Shown here in pieces: positions 43,741-53,188 of a stretch of DNA of 57,200 bases; the stretch's first letter is position 1; each line of letters starts with the position of its first letter. Source of the DNA: Gaiellaceae bacterium. GTDB taxonomy: Bacteria; Actinomycetota; Thermoleophilia; Gaiellales; Gaiellaceae. The notes under the pieces are model-generated. The model searched no databases and was not told where the DNA came from. It saw only the letters and a program-made list of their open reading frames with translations. The stretch lies in contig DATCPA010000090.1 of the NCBI GenBank assembly GCA_036564335.1, positions 1 through 57,200 on the forward strand, read 5' to 3'. The translations under genes were made by a program, and so were the position numbers.

Positions 43741-45187
43741 CTACCCGAGGCCCGGCGCTTCCGCCGGGGCCCCGAGATCCTCGCGGTGCATCATCGTCAG
43801 CGTGGCGATGAGGCCTGCGACCCCGAAGCCGACGGCGACCCAGAACGCGAGGCTGAAGCCGTTGGTCAATGCCGACGAGATCGAGTCGCCCGCCTTCGTC
43901 AGGTGGTGGGTCCGGGTCGTCGAGACTGTCGACAACACGGCGACGCCGAGCGCGCCGCCGATCTGCTGCGACGTGTTGATCAGCCCCGAGGCCAGCCCTG
44001 CCTCGTGCGGTGCCACCCCCGCGAGCGCCGCGATCGACACGGGCACGAACGAGAAGCCGAGCCCGACGCCGATCACCAGGAAGCCGGGCAGCAGGTCGAC
44101 CGCATACGAGCCGCCGGCGGAGACCTGCGTGAACCAGAGATTGCCGAGCACCATCAGGAGCATCCCGAAGGCCAGTGACGGCTTGACCCCGATCCGCGTC
44201 ACGAGCGCCTGGGCGATCCCGGAGAAGACGATGGCCGTCAGCGCGATCGCCAGGTAGCCGACGCCCGTCTGCAGCGCGGACAGGCCGAGCACCTGCTGCA
44301 TGTACAGCGAGAGCATGAAGAACATCGCGAAGGTCAGCGCGCCCAGCAGGAAGCCGACGACGTTCGCGCCGCTCAGTGTCCGCAGGCGCGTGAAGATCCC
44401 GAGCGGGACGAGCGGCGCCTTGGAGCGCAGCTCGACGGCGATGAACGCAGCGTGGAGGAGCGCCGAGGCGGCGAAGATCGAGAGTGTCTGCGTGGAGCCC
44501 CAGCCGACGCTGTCCGCCCGCGTGAGCGCGAAGACGAGTAGCACGAGAGCGCTCGTGATCAGGACCGCGCCGGCGGCGTCGAAGTGGCGGTGTTCCGTGT
44601 CCGCGCGGCTCTCGCGCACGACCGAGCGCGTCACGAGCAAGGCCGCGGCGCCGACGGGCACGTTGACGAAGAATCCACTCCCAGCCGAGGTACTTGGTGA
44701 GCACGCCTCCGGCGAGGACGCCGACGGCAGCGCCGCCGCCGCCCATCGCGCCCCAGATCCCGAGCGCCTTGTTCCGTTCGGATCCCTCCTGGAATGTCGT
44801 CGAGATGATCGAGAGGGCCGCGGGCGAGAGGATCGCTGCACCGAGCCCCTGCACGGCGCGCGCCGCGATCAGCGTCCCCTCGGAGTTCGAGAGGCCGCAG
44901 GCGAGCGAGGCGAGGGTGAACAGCGCAACCCCGACCATGAACACGCGGCGCCGGCCGAGCAGGTCGGCTACTCGGCCGCCGAGGAGCAGGAAACCGCCGA
45001 AGGTGAGCGCGTACGCGCTGAGGATCCACTGGAGATCGGACTGCGAGAAATGGAGGTGACTCTCGATCGACGGCAACGCGACGTTCACGATCGAGACGTC
45101 GAGGATGACCATGAAGAAGGCCGAGCAGAGGAGGGCAAGAGCCCACCAGCGCTTCGGATCGGGGACGGCTCGTACGACTGCTTCCAC
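43741..45187 (-). pseudogene. DHA2 (EmrB/QacA-type) MFS transporter interrupted by a frameshift
   Basis: The N-terminal 171 aa are in one frame (GTG 45187 ...LTKYLGWEWI). The remainder (FFVNVPVG... to stop 43741) is in another frame. The junction is at about 44668-44680, within the conserved WxWIFFxNxPxG motif. Confidence 0.75.
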
Positions 45188-45296
45188 GAACGTGGCTCCT
45201 TTCTCGGGTGTCCGTATTCAAAACGCGGGTGCGGAGAGGCTATTCCTACAACGCGGCCGGACGCGGAAATCGACAGGCCGCGAGTACGATCCTCCC

Positions 45297-46586
45297 GTGC
45301 AGGGGTACGTTCTCAGCGAGCTCGACTCGGGCGAGCGCCTGATCACCGAACGGGTGGCGAGCGTCCGCTCGGTCTCGCTCGGCTTCTGGATCGGCGCCGG
45401 TGCCCGCGACGAGCCTGACACCAAGGCGGGCGTCTCGCACTTCATCGAGCACCTGCTCTTCAAGGGCACGGGCTCCTATGACGCGCAGCAGATCGCGGAG
45501 GTGTTCGACGAGATGGGCGGCGAGCTGAACGCAGCCACGTCGCGCGAGCACACGGTCGTCTACGCGCGCGTCCCGGACCGTCACCTCGAGGACGCGCTCG
45601 ACGTGATGGCGGACATGGTCTTCGCGCCGGCCTTCGCCGATCTCGACTCCGAGCGTGAGGTCGTGCTCGAGGAGATAGCGATGGTCGAGGATGCGCCGCA
45701 GGACCTCGTCCATGACCTTCTCTCCGAGGCTGTCTTCTCGAGTCATCCGCTCGGCCGGCCCGTGATCGGACGGGCCGACGTGATCTCCACGATCGGAAGG
45801 CGGGCGATCGCGTCCTACCATCGCAACGCATACGTGGCCGGGAACATCGTGCTTGCCGCCGCCGGGAACCTCGAGCACGACCACGTCGTCACCCTGCTCG
45901 AGCGGGCTGCCCGGCAGCGCGTCGAGCCGCCGGCGCGGCGCACCAAGGTGCGCACGCCGCTGGTCCGGGAGCCGGCCCCAGGCCTGCGCTTCCAGCGCAA
46001 GGACACCGAGCAGTTCCACGTCTGCATCGGCTCGACCGGAATCTCGCGCTCCGATCGCCGCCGCTTTGCCGCCTCCCTGCTGGACGCGATCCTGGGCGGA
46101 TCGGCTTCCTCACGGCTGTTCCAGGAGATCCGCGAGAAGCGCGGGATGGCGTATTCCGTCTACAGCTTCGCTTCGCAGTACACCGACACCGGGCTGGTCG
46201 GGATCTACCTCGGCACGCGCGAAGAGAATCTCGCAGCCTGCCTGGAGATCGTGGCCGGCGAGATCGCGGACATCGCGGGCGGCAATCTGCGTGGCCGCGA
46301 GCTGGAGCGGGCCAAGGAGAACCTGAAAGGGCGGATCGCACTCTCGATGGAGTCGACCTCGAACCGGATGAGCCGCCTGGGACGCTCGCTGATCACCGAC
46401 ACCGAGCTCCTGTCCCTCGACCGGATCATCGCGGAGATCGACGCAGTCGAGCCGGTTGCGGTCGCCGAGCTGGCGGGCGTGCTGCTGGAGCCGGGGCGGA
46501 TCTCGGCTGCGGGGATCGGGCCGAGCGAGGAGCGTTTCCTCGAGGGAGTCGAGCTGGTCCACCCGGGCCTTGCCGCAGCAGCGTGA
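45297..46586 (+). CDS. M16 family (pitrilysin/insulinase-like) zinc peptidase
   Basis: In-frame GTG 45297 within ORF 45105..46586. It has the inverted zinc motif HFIEHLLFKG and a downstream E in ...NAATSREHT. It occupies the conserved position after pnp, as for pepR in mycobacteria. Confidence 0.88.
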   Translation: MQGYVLSELDSGERLITERVASVRSVSLGFWIGAGARDEPDTKAGVSHFIEHLLFKGTGSYDAQQIAEVFDEMGGELNAATSREHTVVYARVPDRHLEDALDVMADMVFAPAFADLDSEREVVLEEIAMVEDAPQDLVHDLLSEAVFSSHPLGRPVIGRADVISTIGRRAIASYHRNAYVAGNIVLAAAGNLEHDHVVTLLERAARQRVEPPARRTKVRTPLVREPAPGLRFQRKDTEQFHVCIGSTGISRSDRRRFAASLLDAILGGSASSRLFQEIREKRGMAYSVYSFASQYTDTGLVGIYLGTREENLAACLEIVAGEIADIAGGNLRGRELERAKENLKGRIALSMESTSNRMSRLGRSLITDTELLSLDRIIAEIDAVEPVAVAELAGVLLEPGRISAAGIGPSEERFLEGVELVHPGLAAAA

Positions 46587-46788
46587 TCGCTCGCCTTCCG
46601 CTCGCGTCCGTGGGGGAAACCATGTTTCTCTCGCGGGGCGTTGCCCCGCATGCGAGGACACCGGCCGCGGGTGAGCTGGCCGCGGCCGGCTTTCCCCCAC
46701 GGACCCCCTTCTTTCAGAGGCGATGCTCATGGGGGAACCTCCCGGTTCCCCCCGGCCCCCTCCACACTCATCGGCCGGCACCCGGCCG
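46587..46788. repeat. composite copy D of the hairpin repeat family, in the dapB leader
   Basis: The outer stem CGTGGGGGAAA (46609-46619) / TTTCCCCCACG (46691-46701) encloses two inner hairpins, GCGGGGC-gtt-GCCCCGC and CCGGCCGCGG-gtgagctgg-CCGCGGCCGG. A second hairpin is GGGGGAACC-tccc-GGTTCCCCC (46731-46752). TCGGCCGG-cac-CCGGCCGA (46771-46789) abuts the dapB ATG. Confidence 0.8.
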
Positions 46789-47397
46789 ATGAAGGTCCTG
46801 CTGAACGGCCGTGGTGGGAAGGTCGGCTCGGTGCTCGGGCCGGCGCTGGAGACGGCCGGGCACGAGCTGGTCGACGGGCTCGGCTCCGCCGAGGCGATGG
46901 TCGACTTCACGCGGCCGGACGCGGTGGTCGGCAACGTCGAGGCTGCTCTCGCTGCCGGCGTGCCCTGCGTCGTCGGGACGACGGGCGCCGACCTCGAGGG
47001 CGTGGGCGAGCGCGCTCGCACCGCCGGGCTGGCGGTTTTCTTCGCGCCGAACTTTGCGCTCGGGGCCGTGTTGATGATTCGTTTCGCAGCGGAGGCCGCG
47101 CGGCACCTGCCGAACGCCGAGATCGTCGAGCTGCACCACGACACGAAGTTGGACGCCCCCTCGGGGACGGCGAAGGCCACGGCGGCGGCGATGGGCGGCG
47201 ACCCCCAGATCCACTCAGTACGGCTTCCGGGTCTCGTCGCGCACCAGGAGGTGCTGCTCGGCGGGCCGGGCCAGCTACTGACGATCCGCCACGACACGCT
47301 GTCGCGGGAGGCGTTCGTGCCGGGCGTGCTCTTGGCGCTCGAGCGGCTCCGGGACCTGCCGCCGGGTCTGACTGTCGGTCTCGACGCGCTCCTCTAG
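46789..47397 (+). CDS. dapB: 4-hydroxy-tetrahydrodipicolinate reductase (short form)
   Basis: In-frame ATG 46789 (MKVLLNGRGGKVG). It has VDFTRP, VVGTTG, APNFALG and ELHHDTKLDAPSGTA. Confidence 0.88.
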   Translation: MKVLLNGRGGKVGSVLGPALETAGHELVDGLGSAEAMVDFTRPDAVVGNVEAALAAGVPCVVGTTGADLEGVGERARTAGLAVFFAPNFALGAVLMIRFAAEAARHLPNAEIVELHHDTKLDAPSGTAKATAAAMGGDPQIHSVRLPGLVAHQEVLLGGPGQLLTIRHDTLSREAFVPGVLLALERLRDLPPGLTVGLDALL

Positions 47398-47434
47398 GAA
47401 AGGTGGCGGAGGCAGCTTTCCCTAGTACCATCCG

Positions 47435-48319
47435 GTGATGCTCGGCGAGGTTCTGACGGCGATCGTGACGCCGTTTCGCGAGGACGGCCCGATCGACTAC
47501 GACCGCTTCCGCGAACTGGCCCGCCACCTCGTCGACCACGGCAATGACGGCCTGCTCGTCTTCGGGACGACAGGCGAGTCGCCGACGCTCTCCGACGAGG
47601 AGAAGCTGGAGCTGCTCTCTGCAGCGCTGGACGCCGTCGGCGACCGCGCGACCGTCCTGGCCGGCACCGGCACGTATTCGACTGCGCACTCGGTACACCT
47701 GACCGCCCGCGCGCACGAGCTCGGCGCTCACGGCTTCGTTGTCGTCACGCCGTACTACAACAAGCCAACCCCACGTGGGATCGTGGAGCACTTCCGCGCG
47801 ATCGCCGCGTCGAGTGACCGGCCGGTGATGGTCTACAACATCCCTGCGCGAGTGGTGATCAACATCGAGCCGGAGACGATGGAGGAACTGGCCGGCATCG
47901 AGAACGTCACCTCGGTGAAGCAGGCGAACGACGACCTCGACCAGGCCCGGCGCATCGTCGAGCTCGGCCTCGATCTCTATTCGGGCGACGACAACGTCAC
48001 CTTCCCGTTCCTGCGGGTGGGCGGCGCCGGCGTCGTCTCCGTGCTCGGCCACGTCGTCGCCCCGCAGATCAAGGCGATGATCAGGGCATACAAGCAGGGC
48101 GACGAGGAGGGGGCGCGGCGGATCGACGAGGAGCTCGAGCCGGCCTACGAGCTGCTCAAGATCACGACGAACCCGATCCCGATCAAGGCGGCGCTCAACC
48201 TGCTCGGTCACGAGGTCGGCGGACACCGCCTGCCAATGGTCCCCGCGAGCGACGAGGAGGCCGCCCGGGTGCGCGACTGCCTCGAGCGCGCCGGCCTGCA
48301 GGTTCCCGCTCCAGCCTAG
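47435..48319 (+). CDS. dapA: 4-hydroxy-tetrahydrodipicolinate synthase
   Basis: 294 aa with TAIVTPF, GTTGESPTLS, YYNKP and VKQA (the catalytic Lys context). Confidence 0.93.
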   Translation: MMLGEVLTAIVTPFREDGPIDYDRFRELARHLVDHGNDGLLVFGTTGESPTLSDEEKLELLSAALDAVGDRATVLAGTGTYSTAHSVHLTARAHELGAHGFVVVTPYYNKPTPRGIVEHFRAIAASSDRPVMVYNIPARVVINIEPETMEELAGIENVTSVKQANDDLDQARRIVELGLDLYSGDDNVTFPFLRVGGAGVVSVLGHVVAPQIKAMIRAYKQGDEEGARRIDEELEPAYELLKITTNPIPIKAALNLLGHEVGGHRLPMVPASDEEAARVRDCLERAGLQVPAPA

Positions 48320-48356
48320 CCTCGGGGCGAATCCGGCCCGGGGATACACTCAGCCG

Positions 48357-50018
48357 GTGACAGCGGCATTCCTACGCGTCATCCCGCTCGGCGGGCTCGG
48401 CGAGGTCGGCAAGAACATGACCGTCTTCGAGCACCAGGGCGCGAGCCTCGTCGTCGACGCCGGCCTGGCGTTTCCGCGCGACGAGCACCTCGGCGTCGAC
48501 CTCGTCCTCCCCGATTTTTCGTACCTGCGCGACCGGCCGCCGGGCGAGCTGAAGGCCGTCGTGCTCACGCACGCTCACGAGGATCACGTCGGCGCGCTCC
48601 CGTACCTGATGCGCGAAGTGGAGGTGCCCGAGGTCTGGGCGACACGGCTGACGCTCGGGCTGGTCAAGTCGAAGCTCGACGAGCACGGGCTCCTGCGCGC
48701 GGCCGAGCTCCGGGAGATCGACCCCGAGGGCGACCCGCTCCAGCTAGGGCCGTTCCGGCTCGAGTTCGTGCGCATGGCGCACTCGGTCCCGGACAACGTC
48801 GCCGTCCTGATCGAGACCGACGCGGGCCGCGTGCTCCACACGAGCGACTGGAAGCTCGACCACACCCCGGTGGACGGGTTTCGCACCGACGTCGGGCGGC
48901 TGGCCGAGATCGGCAACCGCGGCGTCGACCTGCTGCTCTGCGACTCCACGAACGCGGAGCGCCCCGGGTTTACCGGCTCGGAGCGATTGGTCGGGGAGGC
49001 GTTCCGCCAGATCATCCCGCAGAGGGAGGGGCGTGTTCTCGTCGCTTCGTTCGCCTCGAACGTCCACCGGATGCAGCAGGCGATCGACGTGGCCGTGCAG
49101 ACCGGTCGCAAGGTCGCGGTCGTCGGCCGCTCGATGCGCAAGAACCTCAACATCGCCGGGAACCTGGGCTACCTGGAGGTGCCCGACGGCACGATCATCC
49201 AGCCGAAGGAGCTCGATAACTACCAGCCGCACGAGGTGCTGATCCTCTGCACCGGCAGTCAGGGCGAGCCGATGTCCGCGCTGACGAGGATCGCCTACCG
49301 CGACCACCAGACGGTCGAGGTCGAGCGCGGTGACACCGTGATCCTCTCGGCGCGGCCGGTGCCGGGGAACGAGCTCCGGGTCCACGACACGATCAACCAG
49401 CTCTCGAAGGCGGGCGCCGAGGTCCTGCACGAGGAGAACGCCGTCGTCCACGTCTCCGGGCATGCCAACCAGGAGGAGATCCGCACGCTCTACGGCCTGG
49501 TGCGACCGAGGGCGGTGATGCCGATCCACGGCGAGTACCGGATGCAGGCCGCGAACGCGCGGATGGCGCAGCAGGCAGGAGTGCCGGCGGACGCGATCGT
49601 GCTGGCGGAGAACGGCTCGGTGGTCGAGCTCGGGCCGAACGGAGCCTCGATCGTCGATCAGATCGAGGTCGGGGTCACCCTCGTCGACGGGCTCGGCGTC
49701 GGAGACATCGGGGACGTCGCGCTGCGCGACCGCCGCCACATGGCCGAGGACGGCGTGCTGATCATCGTCGCCACGCTTGCCAGCCAGAACGGCAGGCGGT
49801 CGGCGGCGGCGGAGGTGATCGCGCGCGGCTTTGCGGACAGCGAGCCGCTCCTGGACGAGATGCGCGCGGAGGCGGAGAGCGTCCTGAACGAGTGCCTGGC
49901 CGACAACATCGTCGAGATCAAGCTCCTTCAGGAGCACCTGCATGACGGCCTCGGGCAGCTGGTCTATGACCGGATGAAGAAGCGGCCGATGATCCTGCCG
50001 GTGGTGGTCGAGGTCTGA
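48357..50018 (+). CDS. rnj: ribonuclease J
   Basis: 553 aa with IPLGGLGEVGKNM, the HAHEDHVGALPYL beta-lactamase motif, a beta-CASP domain and HVSGHA. Confidence 0.93.
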   Translation: MTAAFLRVIPLGGLGEVGKNMTVFEHQGASLVVDAGLAFPRDEHLGVDLVLPDFSYLRDRPPGELKAVVLTHAHEDHVGALPYLMREVEVPEVWATRLTLGLVKSKLDEHGLLRAAELREIDPEGDPLQLGPFRLEFVRMAHSVPDNVAVLIETDAGRVLHTSDWKLDHTPVDGFRTDVGRLAEIGNRGVDLLLCDSTNAERPGFTGSERLVGEAFRQIIPQREGRVLVASFASNVHRMQQAIDVAVQTGRKVAVVGRSMRKNLNIAGNLGYLEVPDGTIIQPKELDNYQPHEVLILCTGSQGEPMSALTRIAYRDHQTVEVERGDTVILSARPVPGNELRVHDTINQLSKAGAEVLHEENAVVHVSGHANQEEIRTLYGLVRPRAVMPIHGEYRMQAANARMAQQAGVPADAIVLAENGSVVELGPNGASIVDQIEVGVTLVDGLGVGDIGDVALRDRRHMAEDGVLIIVATLASQNGRRSAAAEVIARGFADSEPLLDEMRAEAESVLNECLADNIVEIKLLQEHLHDGLGQLVYDRMKKRPMILPVVVEV

Positions 50019-50566
50019 TGAGCGCTCTGCTGGACGGCTGGGCAGGGGTGCTGGCCGGGAACGCCGCCGAGGAGAGAACCGCGCGGCGGCTGATCGGGCA
50101 GCTCTCGGCCTGCGAGGTGGCCGCACTTTCCTTTTGCCGGCTGCTGGAGCGCTGGGCCCGCGGCGACGCAGATCCCAGCACGCCCGGGCGGCGGCAGGCT
50201 GCGCTGCGGCGGGCGGCCGAGCGGGCGGAAACGGCCCTCTCCGGGCTGGACCAGCCCTTGGGGCGATACCTGCTCGAGCTCGAGCCGGAACAGGCGGAGG
50301 GACGCTCGTGGTACGGCGAGCCGGGCGCGGGTGAGCTTCGGGACTGGCAGGACGTGCTCGAACGGGCCGGCGTCTCCGTCTCGCCCGTGCGGGTTGCGCA
50401 GGCCTATCTGGAGCTGGCAGTCCTGGTGCGGGCGCTCGAAGGGCTTCGAGCGTCGGCGGATATCGGCTCGGAGCCCGACCGCTCTTCGCTCTGGGCCGGT
50501 CTGTTCGACCTGCGCGAGAACCTGCTCGGGCGGACGCTCGAAGACCTGCGCGCGCTGGCTGCGTAG
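50018..50566 (+). CDS. hypothetical helical protein, translationally coupled to rnj
   Basis: 182 aa with a TGATG junction to the rnj stop. GC at third codon positions is high. I recognise no family. Confidence 0.5.
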   Translation: MSALLDGWAGVLAGNAAEERTARRLIGQLSACEVAALSFCRLLERWARGDADPSTPGRRQAALRRAAERAETALSGLDQPLGRYLLELEPEQAEGRSWYGEPGAGELRDWQDVLERAGVSVSPVRVAQAYLELAVLVRALEGLRASADIGSEPDRSSLWAGLFDLRENLLGRTLEDLRALAA

Positions 50567-50574
50567 CGCGCGCC

Positions 50575-51404
50575 GTGGCCGCGGCGCCCACGATCGCCGT
50601 CGTCGGGTCGATCAACCTCGACCTCGTCGCACGTTGCGAACGGCTGCCGCGGCCGGGGGAGACCGTGACGGGCGCAACCTTCGAGCGGGTGCCGGGCGGA
50701 AAGGGGGCGAACCAGGCGCTCGCGGCCGCCCGGCTAGGAGCCCGGGTGCGGATGACCGGCGCGGTCGGAGACGATTCCTTCGGGGAGGAGGCTCTGGCGC
50801 TGATCCGTGAGGGCGGAGTCGACCTCGACGGCGTTCGGCAAGTCGATGAGCCGACCGGGGTTGCGCTGATCCTGGTCGACGCTGCCGGAGAGAACCAGAT
50901 CGTCGTCGCTCCCGGCGCGAACACGCTCGCGCAGGCAGGTGAGCCCGCACGAGTCGATGCAGTGCTGTGCCAGCTCGAGATCCCGGTCGAAACGGTCGCG
51001 AGCGCGGCTCCGCATGCCCCTTTCTTCTGTCTCAATGCCGCTCCCGCGAAGTCCCTGCCGCCGGCGCTCCTGGCCTCGGTCGACCTGCTGGTGGTCAACC
51101 GCTACGAGCTCGAGGCGGTCGGGCAGTTCGACGGCCTGACGGCTCTCACGCTCGGAGCGGAGGGGGCCGTCCTGCTCGAGGGCGGGCGCGAGGTTGCACG
51201 CGCCGCCCCGCCGCCGGTCGAGGCAGTGGACGGAACCGGCGCCGGCGATGCATTCACCGCGTGCCTGCTCGTCTCGATGCTCGAGGGCCGGCCGCGGGAC
51301 GAGGCGCTACGCCGCGCCTGCGCGGCGGGGGCTCTCGCCGCGTCACGCCCGGGGGCGCAGCCCTCGCTACCCACCGCGGCCCAGGTGGACGAGATACTCA
51401 GCGC

Positions 51405-51408
<4 letters not shown>
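50575..51408 (+). CDS. rbsK: ribokinase
   Basis: 277 aa with VVGSINLDLV....P.PGETV, GGKGANQALAAARLG and the DGTGAGDAF anion-hole motif. Confidence 0.88.
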
Positions 51409-52324
<916 letters not shown>

Positions 52325-52328
<4 letters not shown>

Positions 52329-53152
52329 AGCTCGGCGCCATCACGCTCCAGGACGCGCCCTGGCAGGAGCTGGTCGACCGCTGGCGCAGGCTCGAAGAGC
52401 TCGGGGTCGAGACGATCTGGGTCGCCGACCACCTGGGCCACAAGGGCCTCGAGCCCGGGGAGCCGTGGTTCGAGGCGTGGAGCTGCCTGACTGCGCTCGC
52501 CTACGAGACCTCCAGGCCCAGGATCGGGCCGCTCGTCAGCCCGATGACCTTTCGGAACCCGGCCGTGCTCGCGCGGACAGCCCTGACGGTGGCCGAGCTC
52601 TCCGGTGGCCGGCTCGAGCTCGGCATCGGCTCGGGTGCGTCGGAGTTCGACCACCGATACGCACAGGTGCCGATGTGGAGCCCGAAGGAACGCGCCGCGG
52701 CCTTCGCCGTCTGGGTCGAGCGCCTGCTCGAGGTGCTCGCCGACGAGCGCTTCTACCCCAAGCACGAGATTCCGCTGACGATCGCGGGTCGCGGCAAGAC
52801 GATCCTCGGACTCGCCGCCCGGTTCGCCGATCGCTGGAACACGTTCGGCGGCTTCGGCGTCAGCGCCGAGGAGGCCCTTCGCCAGGCTCGCGAGGACAAC
52901 GCGAGGCTCGACGAGCTCTGTGCCGAAACCGGCCGCACGGTGCTTCGCTCGGCGCTCCTCGGCTACCACGCGTTCGTGGCCGAGACACCGTGGCGCTCCG
53001 ACGAGGCGTTCGCCGACGTCGTCGAGCGGTGGAGCGATGCGGGCTTCGACGAGCTCGTCTTCTACTACCCGCCGGATACAGCGATGCCGGAGGGGTCGGT
53101 GGCCCCGGGCGTGTTCGAGCGGGCATTCGCTGCCCAACCGCCTGGCCGCTGA
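52325..53152 (+). CDS. LLM-class flavin/F420-dependent oxidoreductase
   Basis: In-frame GTG 52325 forms a GTGA junction with the hydrolase. ETIWVADHL, RIGPLVSPMTFRNPAVLAR and GGRLELGIGSG are typical of the luciferase-like family. Confidence 0.8.
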
Positions 53153-53188
53153 CGCAGGGTTGGACGACCCGCCGTCGAAGTCGCGCTC

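Noticed and set aside
46587-46788. Possible lysine (L-box) riboswitch in the dapB leader, prompted by AGAGGCGATGC and the multi-hairpin structure
   Set aside because: The hairpins are copies of the dispersed GGGGGAAAC repeat found at unrelated loci (after tRNA-Gly, corA and the nucleoside hydrolase). I cannot find the five-helix L-box architecture or its conserved junction sequences. A covariance-model scan would settle it.
48744-51098. 784-aa minus-strand ORF, the longest non-annotated ORF in the track
   Set aside because: It is antisense to rnj, the coupled hypothetical gene and rbsK, all of which have clear homology or coupling. The translation is Arg/Pro/Ala-rich low complexity with no motif. 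This is the classic high-GC antisense artefact.
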